A stretch of DNA of 58,224 bases, counting the filler, from Sluysia triapertura (taxonomy: Eukaryota), in assembly GCA_046118255.1 (NCBI GenBank). It is 4 parts of 4 records of this genome, joined end to end, with 100 filler letters (N's around TTAATTAATTAA, not from the genome) between each part and the next. Parts side by side here need not be neighbours in the genome. Positions count along the whole stretch, not along the records: positions 43,000 to 58,224 come from JBJNIA010234340.1; 3 more parts are not named here. One strand, written 5' to 3'. The stretch's first letter is position 1. Each line of letters begins with the position of its first letter. The notes under the pieces were generated by a model. The model ran no database searches. It saw only the letters and a list, made by a program, of their open reading frames with translations, and was not told the DNA's origin. Shown here one piece after another: positions 51,711 to 58,224 of the stretch. The position numbers were made by a program, and so were the translations under genes.

Positions 51711-51846
51711 NNNNNNNNNNNNNNNNNNNNNNNNNNNNNNNNNNNNNNNNNNNNNNNNNNNNNNNNNNNNNNNNNNNNNNNNNNNNNNNNNNNNNNNNNN
51801 NNNNNNNNNNNNNNNNNNNNNNNNNNNNNNNNNNNNNNNNNNNNNN
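51711..51846. other. Assembly gap (136 N)
   Basis: Directly visible. Confidence 0.99.
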
Positions 51847-54799
51847 AAGTAATATATTAAAAATGTAAAAAATAATAAAGTGCAAGAGCAAGAGCAAGAT
51901 TAAGATTAATGAATAATTTTCATTTTGATAATAAGTTCTAAAGCGACAGAGTAAAAATTTTAATATATAGGTAGATTTTTATTCATATGGTAAAGGGATT
52001 ATTTTTAATGAAACTAATATTAAACATAAACAAATTATAGAAAAGATGAAAAATATAATTAATGAAAAATAATATTGTAATTATAAATATAGTTATTCGT
52101 CTTGGAATTTAGAAATATTATATGTTGTAAATATTTACGTAATTTTCATAAATTGCGTTTTTAGTATTTGTTTTGAAATTATTTTACTTCGTTTATGTTA
52201 ATTTTTTAACAATAAAGCAGTGATTATTAAATATATCGATTCGTAGATCACTTTATTAACATAATTGAAACATTGGACCAAATATTGATTAAATAATAAT
52301 TTATCGATCAAGTTGCATTATCTAAATAAAAATACGTTTTCGTAATAATTTAATAATTGCTTTATATTTCTTTAAATTTAAATAAGTTGAGCAAAATTAT
52401 AGCTTTTGTTTTGTCGCAGATTCCATTATATACAAAGTTGTGTGTTACACTTGCATGTATTTTATTTTTAGTTTGTCCTTATTTATTTCATAGAAATTTT
52501 TTTAGTCAAAAGTTTATTTCCGAAGTGGCACTTGTAACCTTTTGGACACTTATCAATTTTGGAGGAAACATCAGTCTAAGAACGTCAAATTTTTTGCATT
52601 ACTATTTTTCAGTACTATTGCGAATTTCGTCACACGCGTAATTTCTATCGCATTGATCATTTTAAATATACAAAAATAACCAATTTCCCAGTACTTACAT
52701 TGTGAAATAAATAAGTTAATATACTTTTGATTAAATTACTTCGAGAGAGTAGTTTTAAATTTGTACTTAATTTTGTAGTTACATAAAGTCATTGAAATAA
52801 CAATGATTGTGATAACTAATATAATATAACCGAACAAATATAAATATTTAGACCATGTCCGATTGGAAATGTTCGAAGTACATTATATAAAATTATTTTT
52901 ATTTATATGCTTAAAAAGATTATTCATCAACAAATACTTTCAAATGGTTTTTAAAGTTTCTACTGCTCTATTGAACTAGTAATTAGTCACAAAGGAACTT
53001 TTTCTTGAAATGACACTTCGAATTGATATGGATCATACAAAATTTAAATTTAAGAGCCTTGCATAAGTCAATATACTGTTTCAAGTATTTATTTTTTAGT
53101 CTTTGCAATATATTGTGGTCACTAGAATATAACAAACATTTAATTTGAACTTTTTACCGCGAAATCATCGATAAATTTTTTGCTAGACATAAAGTGCTTA
53201 AAAGTAACTTTGTAACGTTACAATGCTCGATATCGGATATTTTAAATATTTATTTAAATGTTTATATTTAAGATTTGATTTTCAATATTTATTTTTTTTA
53301 TTCGAAGATTTGTTACTGAGAAAAAGTTATTTTTATAATATTAAGACTGTAATTGTGTAAATTAATAAAATAAAATATCCATGTAAGTTCATTTTAAAAA
53401 AATAATGCTTATTTAACGAATAATCATTTTATTAAATAATTTCCATTTCCAAATACTTTCTGAAAAGTAATAAAATAATCTTAAAATATTTTCTACAAAA
53501 TAATATTAAAATAATGCTAAGATCATATTAATTTAAAATGACATTACATAATTAATATAAATTCAAAATTTAGTAACAAATAACAATCCACTTTTAACTG
53601 AAATTTTATAAATGATCATTTTAAGCATCATTATAAGAATTAATTACAATAATATGAAATCCAACTTTAAGAGAATAAAATCCGATCAAAATTATCTTAA
53701 AAGCAAGATTTAGAATATTATGATAAGATAAAATCTTACTAAACTGAGATTAAATAGAACTGTATGTAACCAAAGTTTAATAACATTATAAAAGATCAAA
53801 ATTAACTTAAAGTAAAGATTAAACAGAAGTTATACGTAATCAAGATTGTAATCGACAAAAATCAACTTAAACTAAGATTGCATAAAATTAATATAGAAAA
53901 TAAAATTAAGATCATAAAACAAACCAATAAACTGATAGTGATAATTATAATGATAATAATAATAATAAATTTAACTATTTGCGATTATCGATTATTCTAT
54001 TTGTGACTATGGATAATTTATTATTCTATATTTGTTATTAACATAATATTTAGAGTGTTAGCACTTTGTTCATAACTATGACTGTTTATTAAGATAATAG
54101 TATATATTATTTAGAGTTCAATTAACTATTAACTGTTTATTAACATAATAGAGTGTAATTAACCAAAGGAGCAAAATAAGTAATATTATGAGTAGAATTC
54201 TGAGAAATTTTCGAAACTATAATTTTGAAAAAATTTTAAGAAATAAAACTTGGGAACGAGAATTTTTTGAAATTAAAGTTATCAACCGGATATTTCCAGA
54301 AGAATTTTGAAATCGAACTGTTGACACTAAAATTTTATTTATTTGAAATTGTCGATTGGGTAATTACACTTAACCATTGGAAGAAGATTTCAAAAACAAA
54401 TATTCCCTAATTTCATTATTTATTAAATTATTTGTTATTAAATTCTATTTTTGGTGATAAATTAGAGTTAAAAGGGATTGAAATAAGTGGTAAAAGAGGA
54501 AAAATAATAAATTGAAATAACACACAAAGTAAACCTTTTTTACGATAGCCTGAGATCATTGTAATCGAAATAAAAAACGTCAAACCAGTAAAATCAAATC
54601 TTATAAGTTAGATACAGACAAAGTACGATCATACGAATTTAATTAAAAAATATTAGAATATAATCAAAGTATAATTAAACCAAACTTGAAAGAATAATTT
54701 AGTAGATAGGCACTTCTTCCTAAGAACTGGGACGAGTATTCGGATTCGAATTTCCAGATAAGATAAATATAATATATAGAGTATTGTTATCACTTGTAA

Positions 54800-55150
54800 A
54801 GTAAATTAATAGAATTTTACATTGATAATAAATCATATCTTCAGAAAGAACAGTTGATAAATTGATATAGAATACAGGTATTATTCAGGAAGTTTACATC
54901 AATAAAGATTTAACCTTTGGAATCTTAATTTACATTACTCAAATAAAACGTTTTGGTATTATTTTTAACTATAAAGCAGAGTTTTAGCGAAACCATTATT
55001 AGAGATTAAGAGTTCATTCAAGTATATTCTAATTTTTATAATATAAAAAATGATAAAGTTTAGTTACTTGTAAATCAGAACTATAATCTGATAAGAGTTT
55101 GTTGAGCACATTCAAACATTCATACAATCTACCAACTCCTTCATAAGAAA
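54800..55150 (+). mobile_element. Possible highly decayed Gypsy-like pol remnant
   Basis: Weak relics TGIIQE, RFGIIFNYKAEF and HIQT..NLPTPS in the order expected for RT; many indels. Confidence 0.25.
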
Positions 55151-55931
55151 AACTAACAAAACAAATAATAATTAAAAGTTGTCTTCAAAACTTTTTCTTT
55201 TTTTTAATATCTTTTTAATTAAAAAAATTTTTTTGGATTTACAGTGTCACAATGAAATTTATTTATTTTACCAAGGATGTCTTTAAGGATTTATAAATCA
55301 AATCTAAATTTAAATTAAGATTTTTAATGAATTTTTTATTCATTTCTGATGATAGAGATGGAAATGCAAATTTAAGTCGTTTATTTTAATTCAAATCTTA
55401 AACGTTTTAAAATCAGGAAATTAATTAATTACACAAAGATATATTATGAACAAAAATTCAATATTTCTGGGATTACTCAAATGATGGATATTAAAAGTAG
55501 ATATGGAATTGTACGATTGTTTATGTGAAAAGGTGGTAGAGACATAATAAAACAATGTTGAATGAGAATGGTTACTTTATCTACTTTATTCTATTACAAT
55601 TTTTCTTTTTATGTTAAAGTGTTAAAGGGTATTGACTCCAAATTGTTGTAACATTTTTTTTAAAAAGTTCGGTTTATTTAATTTATTTGGTTTTGTTTTT
55701 TTCAATATTCTTTTCATTGATATATTTACAATATTTAGTAAAGAATCTCACTCACATTTAGTAAATTCTTGATTTTAATATGTAAAACAGTTTTTAGTAA
55801 TTTTATTGATTATGTAGTTACTAGAACAGCTGATTCAAAAAATTTATTAATTCATAAGAGTAAAAATTACAATAAGGTTTATGTAATATGAGTTCATTCT
55901 TTGTTAATGATTTAAGTGATTGTGATAAAAG

Positions 55932-56994
55932 TGTGAAAATTGGACTTTATAAATTAAATTTTAAAAATTAAACTTTATTATTAACTTTATATGGACATTG
56001 ATTTGTTAGACTTTATTATATGTATTATTGATATTATTGATTTTATTCTGAATTGTTAACTTTGATTTATTCAAAAAATTTTGGAATTAATTATTAATAA
56101 TAATTATTTTTAAAAGTGAATACATTATTAATAGAATATTATAAATTTAATTTAACATTATTAATAAAATATTATAAATTAAAAACTTTTTTCCATTTGT
56201 TTTAATAATAAAAGGCCAAGGTCAACTCAATACATATATAAAAACATCGCAAAAAATTCACAATTCATAGAAATTGTAATTGTTCACTCAACAATTATTC
56301 ACTTAATATTTGTTCACACAATTTATTGTAATAATTTTGTTCAACAATTCATTTGACAATTCTGCTACATAATACTGTTATGTAATACTTCTGAACATAA
56401 TAATTTTTGAAGGAAATCAACTGAATTCTTGGCCAGGATCCTATCAATTTTTCTTTAAAATAATTTACGTTAGTTTATTTCATTAAGATTTTGATACTGG
56501 TAGGTATTGTCGCAAAATCCACGTAAAGTATTATTAAATAAGGATTTTTTTAGAAACTTTTAACCGTTTCATCGTAAAATAAATTTTTAAAATCCTTATA
56601 TTCAAAATTAACTAAAAGTTAATGGTGGTAACATTTTTATTTGTATTTATTATCCATTGCTGTAACGTTTTTATTATGACCATTGAATAAATTTACTTTT
56701 AATCTGTGAATTTATTAATTATTTAGAGAAAAAAATTTTTTTTACTTTACAATATTTTAATAATAATGTTAAATTAAATTTATAATATTCTATTAATAAT
56801 GTACTCACGTTTAAAAATAATTATTATTAATAATTAATTCCAAAATTTTTCTAGAATAAATCAAAGTTAACAATTCAGAATAAAATCACTAATATCAATA
56901 ATATATATAAATCAATGGCTATAATAAAGTCTAACGAATCAACATCCATATAAAGTTAATAATAAAGTTTAATTTATAAAGTCCAATTTTCACA
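55932..56994. mobile_element. Foldback/MITE-like element with about 250-bp terminal inverted repeats
   Basis: 55932-56185 is the near reverse complement of 56745-56994 (tgtgaaaattggactttataaatt ... aatttataaagtccaattttcaca). Confidence 0.85.
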
Positions 56995-57097
56995 TAAAAT
57001 AATCATGAATAGACAATTTTAATGATAAAGCTCGTTATTATTAAACACATTTTCAGTTTCATTGATGTGTTGGACAACAAATTGAATTTCATCTAAT

Positions 57098-58224
57098 TTA
57101 CAAAGACTTCGTCCCAGAGGCAGTAGAATTTTTGGGGTGGATTGAGTTTTTTGAGTCATTGCTATTTGAAAATGTTCTTTGGACGAGTGTTAAGGGCTTA
57201 TTATTATAAGATTTATGAAAGGAATTAAATGGTTTGGATGATTTAACGTTGAGACTGGAACTAACTGCGTAGTCCATGTTTTTATACATAAAGGTCTTAC
57301 GTATGACAATTACGTGGTTTTTGATGAAGGGAGGTTCATTCAATTGACGTAGATTTGAAAATATGGGTTGTTTACGTATAAGTCGTTTTAAAGAGATTAT
57401 GCAATTATTCTTTTGGCTTATATCATAAAAACTGGCTTTAATACAAAAAACGATGTTTACTTTAACTGTTTTAAATTCTAGTCCTATAACGTTTAGGATC
57501 TGTTCTTCCATAAATTCACTATCTTTAAATACACAATAAAAATGAGAGAAAATACGGTACTCAATATTAAGTTTTATTAATACAAAAAGTTCCTGTAATA
57601 TTGTTATGTGTTTGCCGGAATTTGATAATGATTGCGTCCCTGTTCCGTTCACGTATCCAACTTCGTGATTATACAACTTGGTGACCCTGTGATATATAAA
57701 AATAATATAAATATCTTTAAGTAAGTGTTTAATAGAAATGAAAATTAGTAGTTTACCTTTAGAGAATAAAGTCAAAGCTGTGCATTCGGATACGAATCTG
57801 ACAGAGTATTGTGGAGCCGCAACAGCATCCCATGTACACGAATCATGCATAGTAAGGCCATATATTATGTATTCACGTTCAGCGCGGTTCACGTAGTTTA
57901 CATTCTGCCTGGCGTTATTTACATCATTCCCGCTACTTTTATTGATAATATTTCGCTTCGCACCATAGACGTTCCTTAGACTAAATTCCAGACTAATCAC
58001 ATCGGTTGCGTGCTTCCTGGTGCTATTTACAGTGTTTACACTAATTTCGTTTATTGTACATCGCTTCACGCTATCGGCATCACATATACTAAATTCCAGA
58101 CTAATTACGTCGGTTGCGAGCTTCCTGGTGCTATTTACAGTGTTTACACTAATTTCGTTTATTGTACATCGCTTCACGGTATCGGTATTACATATACTAA
58201 ATTCCAGACTAATTACATCGGTTG
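57098..58224 (-). CDS. Orphan protein with 36-aa tandem repeats; start lies beyond the window
   Basis: Frame is open from the window edge; repeat KRCTINEISVNTVNSTRKxATDVISLEFSICxxDxV precedes a unique C-terminal region. Confidence 0.55.
   Translation of the reverse strand, partial: TDVISLEFSICNTDTVKRCTINEISVNTVNSTRKLATDVISLEFSICDADSVKRCTINEISVNTVNSTRKHATDVISLEFSLRNVYGAKRNIINKSSGNDVNNARQNVNYVNRAEREYIIYGLTMHDSCTWDAVAAPQYSVRFVSECTALTLFSKGKLLIFISIKHLLKDIYIIFIYHRVTKLYNHEVGYVNGTGTQSLSNSGKHITILQELFVLIKLNIEYRIFSHFYCVFKDSEFMEEQILNVIGLEFKTVKVNIVFCIKASFYDISQKNNCIISLKRLIRKQPIFSNLRQLNEPPFIKNHVIVIRKTFMYKNMDYAVSSSLNVKSSKPFNSFHKSYNNKPLTLVQRTFSNSNDSKNSIHPKNSTASGTKSL
57981..58224. repeat. 108-bp tandem repeat, at least 2.3 copies
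   Basis: ctaaattccagactaat recurs at 57981, 58089 and 58197. Confidence 0.95.

Noticed and set aside
6666-58177. The long orphan ORFs as one family via a GL-x(n)-F-x-TC-like motif
   Set aside because: Similarity is too short and variable to distinguish from chance by eye.

Overview
Very AT-rich animal genomic DNA with short GT-AG introns. An innexin exon ending FPRVTFCDLEAKKLGKNH suggests a flatworm, probably a planarian (inference). The window is a draft scaffold: three identical 100-bp artificial linkers (44N-TTAATTAATTAA-44N) and one plain N gap separate the contigs, so neighbourhood across them is unreliable. Recognisable host genes are all partial: an LRR protein (4 exons), an innexin exon, a secreted C-type lectin exon 1, ZSWIM2 (SWIM/RING/ZZ), the last exon of xylulokinase and an AMP-binding enzyme remnant. 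Five long ORFs have no family I can recognise. TE relics include LINE RT and LINE 3' ends, a Polinton-type polB fragment, hAT, Tc1 and piggyBac-like ends, and a foldback element. The most notable structure is a family of long LTR-like elements (TGTGGTGG...CCACAACA, 5-bp TSDs, one copy nested in another at 37338-41044). Inside the LTR is a double inverted-repeat/CCAAT module whose pairing is conserved while its sequence diverges. It is followed by a decayed spliced gene for an Asp/Tyr-repeat plus Cys-motif protein, and there are hints of an antisense ORF. Other copies of the module precede unrelated ORFs. A separate array of four covarying bulged-A hairpins lies at 42533-42899. All alignments were done by eye; no database searches were run.
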